Positions 11,122 to 24,500 are shown, counted from the first letter of the whole stretch. The stretch: DNA of 62,638 bases, filler included, from Sphacelaria rigidula (GCA_964200075.2; 9 parts of 9 records of this genome joined end to end with filler, not necessarily neighbours in it); one strand, 5' to 3'. Notes: generated by a model not told the origin, from the letters alone. Translations and numbers: made by a program.

Positions 11122-11746
11122 CTGCGGGCACCAGAAGGCCGGCAAAATCATGTGTGACAAAACCTATACTGAAATCAAGTTTGTACTGTGAAATGTAACT
11201 GCACTATGAAACGTAGAGGAACTGATCAAAAATCGAAGTTAAATTAGTTGAAATTATTGTTCGTGCTATGAAAATAAACCCGGAACTTGGGACCCACCGC
11301 CGGCGTTTTCAACAAACTTCCGCACGTTATTTCCTCGGTGAGAAAAAATTGGGCCTCGAGATTTCAGCCTGCATCACCGCGAAAGTGCTCCATGGGTACA
11401 GTACTGTACCGTACTGGATGCACAGTGGTTTATCGAGGCGTGCGCATGACGTTGCAAGGGCGACAATACCATGGTAACATAGATAGGCTTTCACGAAGCC
11501 GGAGTGTAAATGAGTTGACGTCAACTGACTTCTGTGCATACCAACTTGTAAGCCACTACAGTAGGGGGGGGGGGAGGACAGGGGAGGTGTATTTACGACA
11601 AGACTGTCAGTGCTATACTATCGGTAACATAAAGTGCACAACGCAAAGCCTTCAACAACAACCAGTTGCGAAACACCACCGCCGAACTCCAAGCAGGACA
11701 GTAGTTAATGTTATTCACTCTTCATCCTAACCGCTTATGGACGCAC

Positions 11747-12222
11747 CTATTGGAAACAGCTCCTGCAAGCCACCACCATACCAGCACTCGGGACAAGGAA
11801 GGGTTCCTCCTAAGCTCCGAGGCCCCAACTGCCCACGCCAATGTCCACCCCGCCGTGTGGAAGACAAGAGACAGACTGAGCATGCCCCTCGGTCTGGAGC
11901 ACAACAACCCGTTCGCCAGGGACACTAGGGTCTGGAATAAGCACAGAGCAACCTGCACGCGATGAATTCTCTTCGCCGCCCCCCATCCCCCTCCTGATGC
12001 CGAGGGGGCACGGTACTGATAGGGTTGAATCAGCGTGTTCGCTGATACCCCGGCGTACCTATAGTACGGCCCTCCCGCTGTATCTCTGCGTCTGCTTGAC
12101 GTTGTCCAAGTTGCGCTAACGAGAAAACCGAGGGCGAGCCAAAGGGACATTGTCTCGCCTACACATGGTGATGGTCCCTGTACAGGATCCCACGACCATC
12201 CTTGATGGTCGCAGTATCTCAT
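11747..12222 (-). CDS. First exon of a multi-pass membrane protein, resembling TMD0 of ABCC/MRP transporters
   Basis: MRYCDHQGWSWDPVQGPSPCVGETMSLWLALGFLVSATW...VALCLFQTLVSLANGLL...LSLVFHTAGWTLAWAVGASELRR...VLVWWWLAGAVS, four hydrophobic segments, donor ag|gtgcgt. The family call is by pattern only. Confidence 0.5.
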
Positions 12223-12910
12223 TGTTCGGTTGCACCTCTAGCGGGGATAACGGCAGCATTACCTTGCGACACTCCCTCGGAGTTCGATTTTTCTCATCAT
12301 AGCAGTAGCCTCGTCCAGACCCGCAACCGAAGGAACACTCAGTTAAACGCCTAATTCGCCCTGCCTTCGCAAACCACAGCAAATGACGGGAGCGAAGAAT
12401 TCTGTGATGAAAGAATATTTCAATATCGCCGGATCCCCCTTGGGCCGCGAAATAAATCAATTGGCAGGCAATTCGATTAGGCGTAGTATTCACACTGTAG
12501 ATAATGACGTTAGTACAGGGACAAGGCCAGATGCTGTTCCCCCTACCCATGGAACCTTGTGATTGATTCAGTGAATCATAGAGACAGTGTATCTTTTGTT
12601 TTAACCTCAGGCGCATGTTCATTGCATGGCGGTCATGCACTGACGAACTGACCACCATGCATGCTGATGCGAGCACTAAAATCACACAATGAACTTTTGA
12701 ATCGAGGGTAGCATTTTCTTTGCGGGGGTGGTTAATCAGGCTCACTCACTTGCCGATACTGCCATATCGTAGGTTGGACTTGCGAGGAGGGGTTAAAGTA
12801 AAAGTACAAGGTCACACCTTGTTGTACGAAGTACGGAGTACCTTAACGTGTCAACTACGTCGATCAATTGAACTGTCCAGTACAAAACAGACAGTACTCG
12901 TCATTTTAGT

Positions 12911-13137
12911 ATGCCACCCACAATGGCGCCTCAGGCGCCGGCGTCCGGCAGCCCTCGCCCGGGAGCACCACCGGGCGGAAGGAAGACTCTCGGATTACCT
13001 GACAGCAAAGGACGCAAAAAAGAGGAGATAACGAAGAAGGTGACCAGGTATGAAATGACGAAAATACGAATTGAAAATCAAGAGCTGCTGCAGTACGAGT
13101 ACAACAGCAGCAGGTGTAACTGGACTGATTGGCTGAG
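12911..13137 (+). CDS. Putative first exon of an unknown protein, divergent from the ABCC-like gene
   Basis: acaATGGCG context at 12923. Pro-rich then basic N-terminus (KGRKKEEITKKVTRYEMTKIRIENQELLQYEYN). Candidate donor ag|gtactc. Confidence 0.35.
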
Positions 13138-13659
13138 GTACTCAACCTGGCTCAACGCCAAGCACGTGCCTTCCCTCTCCCTGCGCGCCCGCCACCGTTC
13201 GACGGCATTTATTCGCAGTGGTCCACCCACTACCGGCTCACTCGTGGACTCCTGGCTGTTTTCTTGTCAGTTATTGAATAGCATTTCAATTCATACAAGA
13301 ACAAACCGCAAGAAGTTAACGCTTGGTGGCTCGCGCAACATTGCTTCAGTACAGTATAGTTCACACCCGAGTATCATCATTTCGTCCGTGTATTCCTGTC
13401 TTGATTTTTCAACCTGTGTAGACCATTCTGCGAGCTGCTTACGGGGGAGAGTTTCATATGCAATACATGTCACTAGTTGTGTTGATCCAGCTCATGGGGT
13501 CCGAATATTATCACGACGTGTACACAAAATACACGAGGCGTCCAAGGGTCTGCTTCAGTAGGCGGGAGAAAATGGTTGCTAAGCGGCAACATTTTCTTGG
13601 CTTGGAACCCTTAAATCAGTGCGTTACTCAGGGGGTACGAAGATAAGGCCGCAACACAC

Positions 13660-13842
13660 AACACGGGATTTTACAAATTGGGGATGGATTTTTCATAGAG
13701 GATGACAAACCCGGAGAATTAAAATCTTCGTATCCATACCAAATATTCGAAATATAGTTCCACTTCTTCACCTAACAGGGTTGCCAGAAAAATGAGAACG
13801 TATTTTGAAATGAGAATCCACCGCTCCCCGGGATTGTGTCTA
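13660..13842. mobile_element. Left ends of two AACAG-family elements (nested), truncated by contig end
   Basis: 13660-13773 aligns to the TIR of 5083-5422. 13774 aacagggttgccagaaaaatgag resembles the 2062 terminus. Confidence 0.6.
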
Positions 13843-14226
13843 NNNNNNNNNNNNNNNNNNNNNNNNNNNNNNNNNNNNNNNNNNNNTTAATTAATTAANN
13901 NNNNNNNNNNNNNNNNNNNNNNNNNNNNNNNNNNNNNNNNNNGTCCACCCACACCCCTGTTTCGACTGCACACACGGATCGACGCACGGGTAGGGGAGTG
14001 CGTACACGCACGCAAGGTGGAACTCGATCGTATGTGCGCGCTTACCCAGTCCTTGGGCATGCGGACAAGCATGATGCAAAACTTAACGATCCAGCCTGGT
14101 CTCATTCCACGTTTCAGCCTTGTTTTGCTTCGCGCTGCGACCTCGACTCGACGCAACCTAGTGAAGAGTTGAATGGTTTCAGAGGGAAACACAAATAACA
14201 AAAAGATATCCTGTGTAGCTCCTCAC

Positions 14227-14362
14227 CAACTGACATGGAGGTCGTGTGTGGTAGGACGACGGATATTGGCGCATCTGCAGAAACCTCGGTCCCGGCAAGC
14301 GACTTCGCGGTCACTTGAGCCAAGTGTGCTACCGCACCAAGATCAATATCGTCTTGATCGAT
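14227..14362 (-). CDS. vWA + DUF11/DUF7507-like Ig-repeat protein, exon (second half of Ig-like repeat)
   Basis: tgcag|IDQDDIDLGAVAHLAQVTAKSLAGTEVSADAPISVVLPHTTSMSV|gtgag. Q-D-ID-G-V---A-VTA pattern. The gene continues off-contig. Confidence 0.85.
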
Positions 14363-14490
14363 CTGCAAGTTTCAGGACAACCCAAGTGCCAGATATATCA
14401 GGGTCCACCACTTTCTCTGCACTGTCAACTATTTCTGTGTAAATCCTCACGAAATCTCTGTTTCCCATGAAATCGTCGTTGAGCACGCAC

Positions 14491-14711
14491 CTCGTAGGTG
14501 AATGCGCAATACAGGATCTCGCCAGCTGCAAGACTTCCGGAATCGGTGGCCGAGCATTCGAGACAACCATCTCCGAGGTGGGTGTCAATGATACAAAAAT
14601 TCATCAGGGTTGCGTCGCCCGCGTTGAGTATACCGAAGTTGAGGGTTATAATCTCGCCAACGTTGGCCAAGCCATCTTGAGATGCACCGTCAGTCCACAT
14701 GGCTGCAATAT
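14491..14711 (-). CDS. vWA + Ig-repeat protein, exon (first half of DUF11/DUF7507-like repeat)
   Basis: ttcag|...DGLANVGEIITLNFGILNAGDATLMNFCIIDTHLG...SLAAGEILYCAFTYE|gtgcgt. Confidence 0.87.
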
Positions 14712-15048
14712 CTGAAAGAGAAGCAGCGCACGTGATTGAACTTCGGGGGTTGACTATTGCTGTGATTGGTCACATGTAGTAGGTGAATGCCAGCGTTCTA
14801 GAAGAACGCCTACCCCCCGGAATTTCCCGTATACTAGCACCTGGTGATCACAGCATTGGCTCAGTCACGCTTGCGGACATGATAACCAGCCTCGCGATTT
14901 GACGCACAATTTCGCGTATGAAGAACACTGCTAGATTCTCTGGTTGGTGTCAAGCAAAGATGCCTTTACAGCAAAGCTATCCAATAGCGAGGGTTCTCCC
15001 TCAACCGACAACACAGAATCGTAGGGTATGCTTAGAACCCTCACTCAC

Positions 15049-15276
15049 CGAGGCCGAGGGCGGCATCACCGCAGTAGCCAGTAGTGTCTGTTATTTGGAC
15101 CTCAATGCTGCTTGGTAGCGAAGGATATGCATCCACCGTTGAACTCTCGTCTGTATACGACACGCCAGCGAGTGTCTCTAGGGTACCAACGTTGTCGCAG
15201 TCACACACGGATGCCGTGTAGTTCATGGTGCGCTGGGTTCCATCGAACTCGGAGATGGTCCACGAAACGGTGGATC
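15049..15276 (-). CDS. vWA + Ig-repeat protein, exon
   Basis: tctag|STVSWTISEFDGTQRTMNYTASVCDCD...GDAALGL|gtgagt. Phases 1/1 are consistent with neighbouring exons. Confidence 0.85.
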
Positions 15277-15573
15277 CTAGAAAGTGAATTCACGGAACAC
15301 AAACGGGGATTTGTAGTGCAGACAAATAGCAGCTAAATGGAAGTTTTGGCTGCTAAGAATGATTTTTCGGGAGCGTTAATGATGGGGTAGGTCAACTGAA
15401 AGGGGAGGGCGCTAACACACCCAGGGTCAGTCAGTGACTATAAAATAAACAGTTACAATCTTGCCGATTCGGCCTTGCCTTTTTTTGTCATTCAAATGAG
15501 CGACACGTTTGTCATGAACCATTCATTTGGATGGCACAAATGATGGCAAATTCCACGCGAAACAAGCACTTAC

Positions 15574-15790
15574 CGCTCGTTTCGCAGGTTTCGCCCACTG
15601 GATTGCACGTTACAGCCATGGGATTGCCGGCCGTACTTTCTGTCGCTATGGAAATCACAACATTTGTCGCGCACGCATGGACGATAAGGCTCAATATTTG
15701 TGCCGTCAAGGTATCGTCCAGCTCGGTGAAGTCCTCTAGATCCAAGACGAAATTATCAGTGTCTTCGCCCTCAGCTGGCCCCCCGATGTC
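15574..15790 (-). CDS. vWA + Ig-repeat protein, exon (end of vWA domain)
   Basis: aacag|DIGGPAEGEDTDNFVLDLEDFTELDDTLTAQILSLIVHACATNVV...CETS|gtaagt. Confidence 0.85.
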
Positions 15791-16905
15791 CTGTTCTCCA
15801 GAGCAATGAGATAAGCCCGAGACGAGTGTTTGCAAGGAAGGGGAGGATCGTTGTAAGGCACGCAGGGTACCCTGAAACTATGCCTGAATGGTATGGAAGT
15901 GATGGACCGCGCAAAAACAAAATCTACAGAATTGGATCAAAAAAAGTATCGACACCTCAGCGTGCCTGGAAAATTCATTGCCAATGTTCTCATGGTACGC
16001 ATTGTCATCGTCCATAAAAGTACACGAAGTGCGAAATGAAGACACCATAACGTTAGGAGCTCTACGGCGTCCAGATGATCTCAATCAAAATGGTACAACA
16101 TAATCCTGTTGGGGCGGAAGAATAATGTTTCGGACCTCGAAAGATTCATACGGGTCCTTCTCTGAGAAGTACCAGCTTTACGTCGCTGAAAACGTCAGGG
16201 CGCAAGGAGCAAAGTAGATTAGTTGACCGAGAGTCGAGACAGTACGGGAATGCTGCTCCAAATCCACGATAACAAGGCGTGTACCTGGGGAGAGACGCGT
16301 AAATTTATTGAGACCACGAATTCATCCCAAGGAAGGGAAGGAGTCAAGAACATGCTGAGAGAAAATTGCACATCCTGGACAATGACAATATATGGTCAAT
16401 AGTTGCAATAGGCCTACACTTTACGGAGTATTTTGTCGTCCATTGCAACGATTGATCATGTGTTGCCCAGGGTGTGAAAAAGTGTGGCTTCTTCTTCTTC
16501 TGCGTAGTATCCAAGGCGCACGTTGCGTTCGTACACTACTCGGAGTCTTATAGCCCGCCCCCCTTCGCGGATTCGTGTGCGCATCGCGGCCAAAATACTG
16601 CATAATAGAGAGGGCAACCAAGAATTTAAACCGCCTATCACTACAGTAGCATCAGTGCTGTGTGCGGTGCGCTACCCTGTCGGTTCTAGTAGTCACAAAC
16701 CAGAACCTGACATGCTGTCCAATGGTGTTTGTTTCAGCCACGGCAAGTCAGAGCTTCACACCCCACATAGATCACATCCCACGGGTATGTGTTTCTGCTA
16801 CGTAATGGCCACCCTCAACATTCCCGGTTGCTTTCATAAAAACATTTTCAAGGTCACTGGAGACTTTTGTACCTGGGAAGTCAAGATTCAAGTGATCAGT
16901 CTCAC

Positions 16906-17040
16906 CGCTTGCTGTTCAGCGTCGACATCGCCCACGCCGATGGCATAAACATCGATTCCGTAAGAACGGGCGGCTTCAGCTGCGGCGAGGGGTTCGTAGA
17001 AGCCTTTGTTGTGTACTCCATCTGTTAAGACTAGCATGAT
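16906..17040 (-). CDS. vWA + Ig-repeat protein, exon (vWA core)
   Basis: cgtag|IMLVLTDGVHNKGFYEPLAAAEAARSYGIDVYAIGVGDVDAEQQA|gtgag, with the LTDG and AIGVG vWA motifs. Too short for the ORF track. Confidence 0.92.
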
Positions 17041-17723
17041 CTACGTCACGCATTTTGAACGACATGCGTTGACAGCGTGTTCGGGGGGAAAACATCGTCG
17101 GGAAATTAACGTTAATTTTGTGTTCGAGGCTGGTACGCCGCAGTCTCATCCATAACAATACACGGCGAGAGCAGGATTGCGCTCCTCGATACCGCGACAA
17201 CTCGAAGGGTAGTCGAGGTCGGTGCGAAAGCATATTGACTCGACCTCCGGCAGGAACTTGCTGAACAGTGTAATCGCCGATTTAACAGTGTTGTCGAGGT
17301 CAAGCTTCAAGTGTGTTGAAATGACTTCTCGTGAGGAAAACTGATAAATTTGGTATTAGGTCAACCCTAAATATCGTGGATGAGCTTACTTACGACTTGT
17401 GGCAGGAGGCCTTCCGGAAGTGAAACATTACCAGCGTCACCGGTATGGCTTGGAAAATGGTTCAACATGGGGTAACATCTGATGTACGAAGGAATCTAAA
17501 TCTACAAGTTTGTCGGATGACGGGATATTGCTCAAACTCCGATGCTGACCGAGTTTTGCTCTCATCAAAAAGTCTCTGAACACAGCGTTTAGTCAACCTC
17601 ACCCACGTTGTTGCAGTGGTGTAGTATCGAACATGCTCATAAGGTCCCACTCCCAACCGGGAACAATGATATACCACATGTTACCGCTAAAATCAACGCA
17701 GTCCAACGGGAATCCTTCCATTA

Positions 17724-18330
17724 CTTCCTCTGTCCCATACGTAAAGTCCGTTATGATCGCACGGACCCGTAACAGTGTGCAATACCGTAGGCGATATACA
17801 TATATGTTTTTTTATCTTCAGGGTTTTTTCAGTCGAATCATGTCTTTTTTTTCCTGTTTGCGCAGCAGCCAGCGTGCGCGAACGGTCCATAAACGACCAA
17901 TCGGCCCAAAAATGGCCATATTTCGCCCCCTTTTCCAGAACACAGAGAAGAACCCTGGAAACCCGAAAAACGGCAAAAATCGCGAGAAAAGCATAACTGG
18001 CTCTGTTTCTCCGATTCATCGCTGGCATACGATACCTATGCTTTGTCTCAAACCACTCGTTTACATTGCAGCCTTCAATTACTTCAAAACAAGCCAAATT
18101 CGTCGACATTCGGCCGAAAATGCACAGCTTGGACGAATTTGGTCGAGAGTTGACCATGTTTGACCCAACGGTTCTAGGGCTGTAGGTGCATTATTTTGTA
18201 TTTGTTTTATCCAGTGGCCATCTCCACAACTATATATTTTCAACCAACCTAACCGTAACATCGTGAGCACCTCCGTTTGCCAGGTACGTCCTATTCCCCA
18301 CAACAGACTTTACTTATGGGACAGAGGAAG
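17724..18330. mobile_element. Stowaway-like (Tc1/mariner) MITE in a vWA-gene intron
   Basis: TA|cttcctctgtcccatacgtaaagtccgtt ... aacagactttacttatgggacagaggaag|TG. ~29-bp TIR resembling CTCCCTCCGTCCCA. Confidence 0.85.
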
Positions 18331-18945
18331 TGTTACGACTCGACACCAGAATGATGACACATGTTTGACGCGGTACGTCCATCACATTTTACGCATTCGT
18401 GACGGGGGGGGGGGGGGGCAATCCACATGACTTTGTGCTCTACCGATTGTTTCCCTTTCCTTTAGAATACTGAAAGCATGTTGCCACCACTTACGAAAAA
18501 GAGTATCCTGCGAATCCCAAGTTGTCATAATGTCAGCATGCACATTTACGCAACGTTTCAGACCGTGAGTCGTAAAAACCATGGCCGCCAATATCAACAA
18601 TTGGTTCATATCATCAATTGGAAAAAGTGTTGAAGCCGCTTATTCTAGTACCGCATGGGCAACAGGGGAGTACACATTTCAGAAGACAAATTCGGAGACA
18701 CAAGCGGGTGAGCACGGACACAACGGTGTGAGATCTCTGAGTGCAACTTTAGGACATCAATGTTCGAACTCATCGGCGAATATATTCCTCGTGGATAATG
18801 GGTGGTTCTATCCTACTTCGTGAACGATTTCACACATGCGCCATTCTCCAACACCAACATGGCTACCATATCATCCTCCCTCTCGCACGAAAAGCTCCCC
18901 GGGCTAAAACAGTGTGTATGATCGGCAAAAATATACTCGACCCAC

Positions 18946-19081
18946 CTGTTTATCCGGAGGTGAAGCCCGTGATGTATCCTTGAAGGCCTCCTGGGCCTTC
19001 TCGGCGGTATACATTATCGCGTCTCCAATGTCAGTGTACCTATACGCATCCCACTGATAGTCGTCGAAGGTAGTGCCATGG
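18946..19081 (-). CDS. vWA + Ig-repeat protein, exon (MIDAS Thr region)
   Basis: HGTTFDDYQWDAYRYTDIGDAIMYTAEKAQEAFKDTSRASPPDKQ|gtgggt joins in phase 0 to IMLVLTDG. The acceptor position is less certain. Confidence 0.8.
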
Positions 19082-21554
19082 CTGCCCCACAAATCATCAG
19101 ATGTCATTGCCATGCAGCCCGCAACAAGTCACGTTTGAACAGCAACGGCGCGCAAGATCCGATGCGGGATGGAACACCACCAGGCGCACAGATCGCCGAC
19201 ATATGACGGCATACGGTACCAAAGACGGCGGAGTCGACACCCACCAGAACAGGGGAGAACACGGTTGCAAAACAAGTTGCGGTTACATTTTACATCACAT
19301 GTAGAATGATGTGAACTAACTGAGCGCTTCGCTGAATGTTCCAACAGCAGTGAAGATGGACCTAGCAAGCAATCAAAAAGATGCGACAAAACGGCAAATG
19401 AGACGAGAGACCAAGCGTGATGGAAAACACAGATTTCGTCCGCACAACTCGCTGGGATTTCATCGAGCTTTTTCAAGATGACGACCGACCCCCTCATGTA
19501 TTTCTTTTACTTTTCCATCACACTTTCAACCCCACGCTTTCCTCGGGACGAGTTTTTCTCGGGACGAGTCCAGGTCCTCAAGAGACAACCCATGTCTCCC
19601 CCGACACCTAGGTTGTACCACACTATTCAGCGTTGGATCACCACTATCGCACCTGGTCGACTTTTACCCAACCGTCTTTCCAAGTTTCGTTCTCGCTATT
19701 CTGCGGAAGGCGGCAGGCAGAAAATAGTACTCTCGGGATTCGACGCACAAAGTTCGCGCAAACAAGCGTGACGAACCAGTCTCATCAACGGGGTGTGGAC
19801 GCGCTACGTCATGCCGTAAGCATACCGCGCGTTTGGCTATGATGTTTACAAGTGCCACCCCTACGCTACTCCGCTATCCGAACGAGAAAAACGCATGCAT
19901 GCGATACTGTCGTGTGTAGGTTCTGTGTGTACAATCTCACAGAACATAGATGCTCGCACGCAGTAAATATCAGCGCAGATGACAGGTGAGTCATATACTC
20001 CCCAAGTCAAAGGGAAGCCTAGCACCCATGATTGTAGTAGGGGATGGCTGGATTTTTCATCCCCTTCTACCGGAGGATGACAATTGTTTTCAACGTCTTA
20101 GCTTACTTTATCGCTCCCTTCGACTTTTTCTACTCCTTTTTCTTCAGCGAATGTTTCAGTTTCATTTTTTTTGGGTACGTCTACCATGAGACCGCGGCTG
20201 GACCCCTGGGGGGTCAGTTAAAGTGCGACAATCAATCAATCGATCAATCAATCAACCATACCATGTCGGTTTGTAGCATCCCGCATCCACAGCCGCGAGG
20301 GTGTCCGCCAGTGTTGAAGAGATGTGAAAGGAGTTTGGTTCTGCATATTTCTCACTGTACACCAAACGAGCCGGGAAGGTTCCAGTGAGACGTGTAATTA
20401 TTCAGGTTGGAACCATGCCCGCGCCTAACGCACTCGTGCGTACTTCTAGGCCGAGGACAATCAACAATGTCTCTGGGGCAGCTCGAGTGACTTTACAGAC
20501 AACAACAACCTCTCTCGTGGATAGAACTTGAGTTAGCAAGAGCCCAGGTGGGCTCCTGGTTTGGCGGAAAATTTTGATTGTTTCATTTTTCTCCTAGAAC
20601 GACAATGAACACGCGATGGCGGTACTCAGGTGCTCACTGCTGACCCGTACACAAACATTTGTACCGTACCGGATGGCGATATGAGGCAGCCGACCGGCAT
20701 CGGAAAAATTATATTTTGATGTAGGTACTCACCGATCGTGCATGTTGGAGAAACGTGTATATATAGGAGCCATCCTACGATAGGGGTGGGGGTATTTTGG
20801 GGCATTTGTTGCTNNNNNNNNNNNNNNNNNNNNNNNNNNNNNNNNNNNNNNNNNNNNTTAATTAATTAANNNNNNNNNNNNNNNNNNNNNNNNNNNNNNN
20901 NNNNNNNNNNNNNTTGGCTACATCGACTAGAACGAACCCAAGCGTGGGAATTCCCAGCTTCTCATTGTGCTCGGCTTTTCCGATTTCGATTTACGTGAAG
21001 ATTTTGCCCTCCAAAATCATGCACTTTTTTTGGGGGGGGGCTATCGTAGAAAGTGTCTTCCACGCACGGTGCTACCATCGGTTGCGGTCGACAAGCGTTG
21101 ACGCCGTCTATTTTCATTAACGGGTACCCCCGGAACAAAACCACGCACAACGCGACAGGACGGTGAACCACCCCCCCCAAAACTCCCTACCCCGACCCAA
21201 CCCCATCAAGACAGACCCTCGTATTCAGAACCGAAGCCGCAAACATTATATTCGTCCATCTCCCGCGCCGTCATCGGCAACGTCTTCATCTTCATCTGCA
21301 TCGTCTTCCTCATCATCATCGCAGGGACTAGCGGCTGGGGCTAATCCAAGCCGCCTTTTCTTAAATCCAGGGCCTCTTACAATAAGATCCCCGACACCAA
21401 TGACTACAGGCTTCTTCGCCGCTAATCTACTGCTCCGCACGCGAGGTGTTGGTACACAAGCAATGAGAGCGTACTTCTCTCCGCCTTCGCTGCCTACAGC
21501 GGCGGCAAGTTGTACATGGGGAAGGAATCTGCGACAAATGTCTATGGCCTCACC

Positions 21555-24500
21555 ATAGACCGTTTCCTTCGAAATCTCCGCGTCGCGACGAGAAGGGTGG
21601 GAGGTGACAAGACGACCCCCGACTGATGGTCTTCTCACACTCCCGTCCCAAAATTTAGGGCACTGAAGGGCAATAAAACGTTATCTGGGTATAATGGTCT
21701 TTGTGACGGCTTTACAGATGGGTTCGTTACGAAGTTAAAGGGCAGACTCAGCCGACGTGAGGATGGAATAACGAGTTCTTTACTTGAGATGGGCCGAAAT
21801 ATACCCGAGCATCGCACTCATTCTACTATTCGTAAAAGGTTTTGGCCGTTGTCGAGCCGAACAGCGTTGGTTTTACCAGCAAGGTTTGTCAGTGAAGAAG
21901 GCAGTGGGGTCCAACACACGGCAATACGTAAAACTAGTGATTGATTCACGATTGTGATTACCGTTAGTTGTTTATTTGAATGTTGTTCCTCTCCGGAGTT
22001 TAGCAGGGGGGGTGTGCGGCCATTTTCGGGCTCGGTTATTTGTTTTCATTCGTACGAACCGAGCACCGAATGAAGACAAAATATGCTTTCAACCGAAAAT
22101 TGACCAAAAACATAAGACAAAGATCGGACCAAAATCCGGGCAAGGTGATGGGTCCGTACAGTTTAGGGTATCCTCTTGTATGGTACAGGGAAACTATATT
22201 TGACTCGCAAATGCGTCAAGAAACATGCGAAAAGACTACAACTGGTGCGTAGGTGCCCGCTAGCCTCATCACCACCTTGTCCTCACTGTGCGATCCTCAA
22301 ACAGCCAAAAAGCAAGTAAACAAGACTCGATATGAACACCGTTCGTCTCGCCCGAAGCACTCTCACCTCCACTGTGTATCCGAACGGCTGCACGGCGGTC
22401 TTCATGACCTCTTCAGCAGTCTTCAGCAGAAGTACCGGCGGCAGGAGTCAGCAATGCCGGTGGGGTCGTGTCGGCCGGCAGCTTCGACGGGAGCAACCCT
22501 GGGCCCACATACACTGCACCGCCGATATCGTGCTGTCGAGAAATAGAGGGTGAAAACGAGCTCGGCGGCATTTGGAAAGATTGGTGAGAGTTCATGACAC
22601 CTCTCACAAACGAAAACCTGTTACACCTGCATGAAGGCCCGCCGCTACGGCAATCAGGGAACACGACCTTTTTTTTCGCTTGTATACAGGCGGTGGTGTT
22701 TTACACTCCCCAACCAGTACTACCGGAAAAGATACAGTTGACTTCTGTGCCTGAGCATCGAGGCCGGTCACCGATCAGCTCGCGACAGCGAATATGTGCT
22801 TCAAGTTTCCTAGAATAAAATCAACTTTCGACAGGGGGTAACGTACCAGCTCCAAGGGCCGTGGAAGTCTTCACTTGTAGACCGCCTCGAATTCCTTCAT
22901 GGCATCGCCTTCCTGTTCTTCAGCCGGCAGGCTTTTTCCCGTCTCTGATATCGTCTTGTTCACGGACGATATATAGTCCCCCGCGAACAGCTGGAGATCT
23001 TCCAACCCGTACGTACCGTCTATCATTTTGTGCTCGCCGCTGTTCACAGAAATCGGAATCGAAAACATCAAACGTCGCACCACACGTCGCACCACATTCT
23101 GTGACAGGTCGACTTGTGAGCAGTGATATTTACGCACACGGCGGCGCATTTTTAGGTGGTCTCGATATAGACGGAGCACCTTAGTTCGGGCGGCGGCCGG
23201 GCTACAGATCAACGGCCCTCACTCCTCAATCCTGTCCGTCCAAGCAAGACGAGGCACCACGCTCTCGATTTTCTCCACCAGGTTGTGCTCGATGCGTGCG
23301 TTTTTGGTGATCCGATCGCAATCTTTCGGTGCGGGTGTCATCTTGTTCACCCTCGAATGTCTGTCGTGGTACGGTCGAAAATCGAGGATGAATGTTGTTT
23401 GGGTACCGTCCTTGAGATCTTTTGTAAGCATCGCGATACATTCGAAATAAAAACACATATGCACTCTCCGCCTGTGAAATGGGGCCTCGCTCATCCTCGA
23501 AAACAGCCATCTGCACTTCGTGACCTCCGGTGTTTACACGGAACGATATCGTCCTCCAGTGATTCTGGTACAAAACACTACGATGAGTGAGGTCGCACAT
23601 CGCAGCCGGAGAATGCTTTTATATTTTAATTTCGAAACCTCTTCGATGTTCATGAAGGTTCCCAAGGTTCGTCCTCTACCAAAAATACTATCTTCAATTT
23701 TGAAAATAGACTGCTTCGAGCGGAGGGGGGGGGGGATGTGTAGTTATACCCTGGACAATTGGTCCTGACGGTCCATCAAACAGGACATATACCACATGAC
23801 ACACTCTCGTCATCCTTCGGTGCAGCGAACTAATGAAAGATAACTCGAGATCATCACAACAAGCGACTGGATGTACCGGCGGTGCATACCTTACGAGCAT
23901 ATTGACGGCGATCGATTGCGCTGCGGGCTCGGCGTGTAGATCGCCGTAAGCCTTGCTCTTCAGGTACGTAAGCGAAACACATTTCGGTACCGGGGTCCGA
24001 CGTCTGGATGCCCAGGCAATTGCTTTCATTGCTTCGGGTGTAGTGGCGAAGCAGACCTTTCGCCAGTGCCGCATCGTCACTAGCAACAGAGAATTCAAAC
24101 CCAGCCGTTTTCGGTGACGAGGGGACACCAACGGGCCGTGGAAAACAACATATAGCAGATGCGGTGAAATCGAGTCGGCCATTTCAGCGTCCGTGGAAGT
24201 TCAAAATGATCCATAGTACCGTACACAACTTCTCCCGACTATACAGAATATCGGTACCGGCTCCCACATCGAATCGCCGCCCCCCCGCTCCAGAGCGGCA
24301 ACTTCACTGCGACCGTCGTGCGTGCTGCATTATATACGTGGTCGAGGTCTGTCGTGTTCGCTGCACACTGGGTTGTTTCTCGGCGTATGAGCGGGTGGGA
24401 GATGCAGTATACTCGTCGTAAACCCTCCGGCAACTAGTTTACAACAATACAAGCAGATTTGACTCGGTGCCGAGATGTAACATAAATGATCCGCGGTGCA

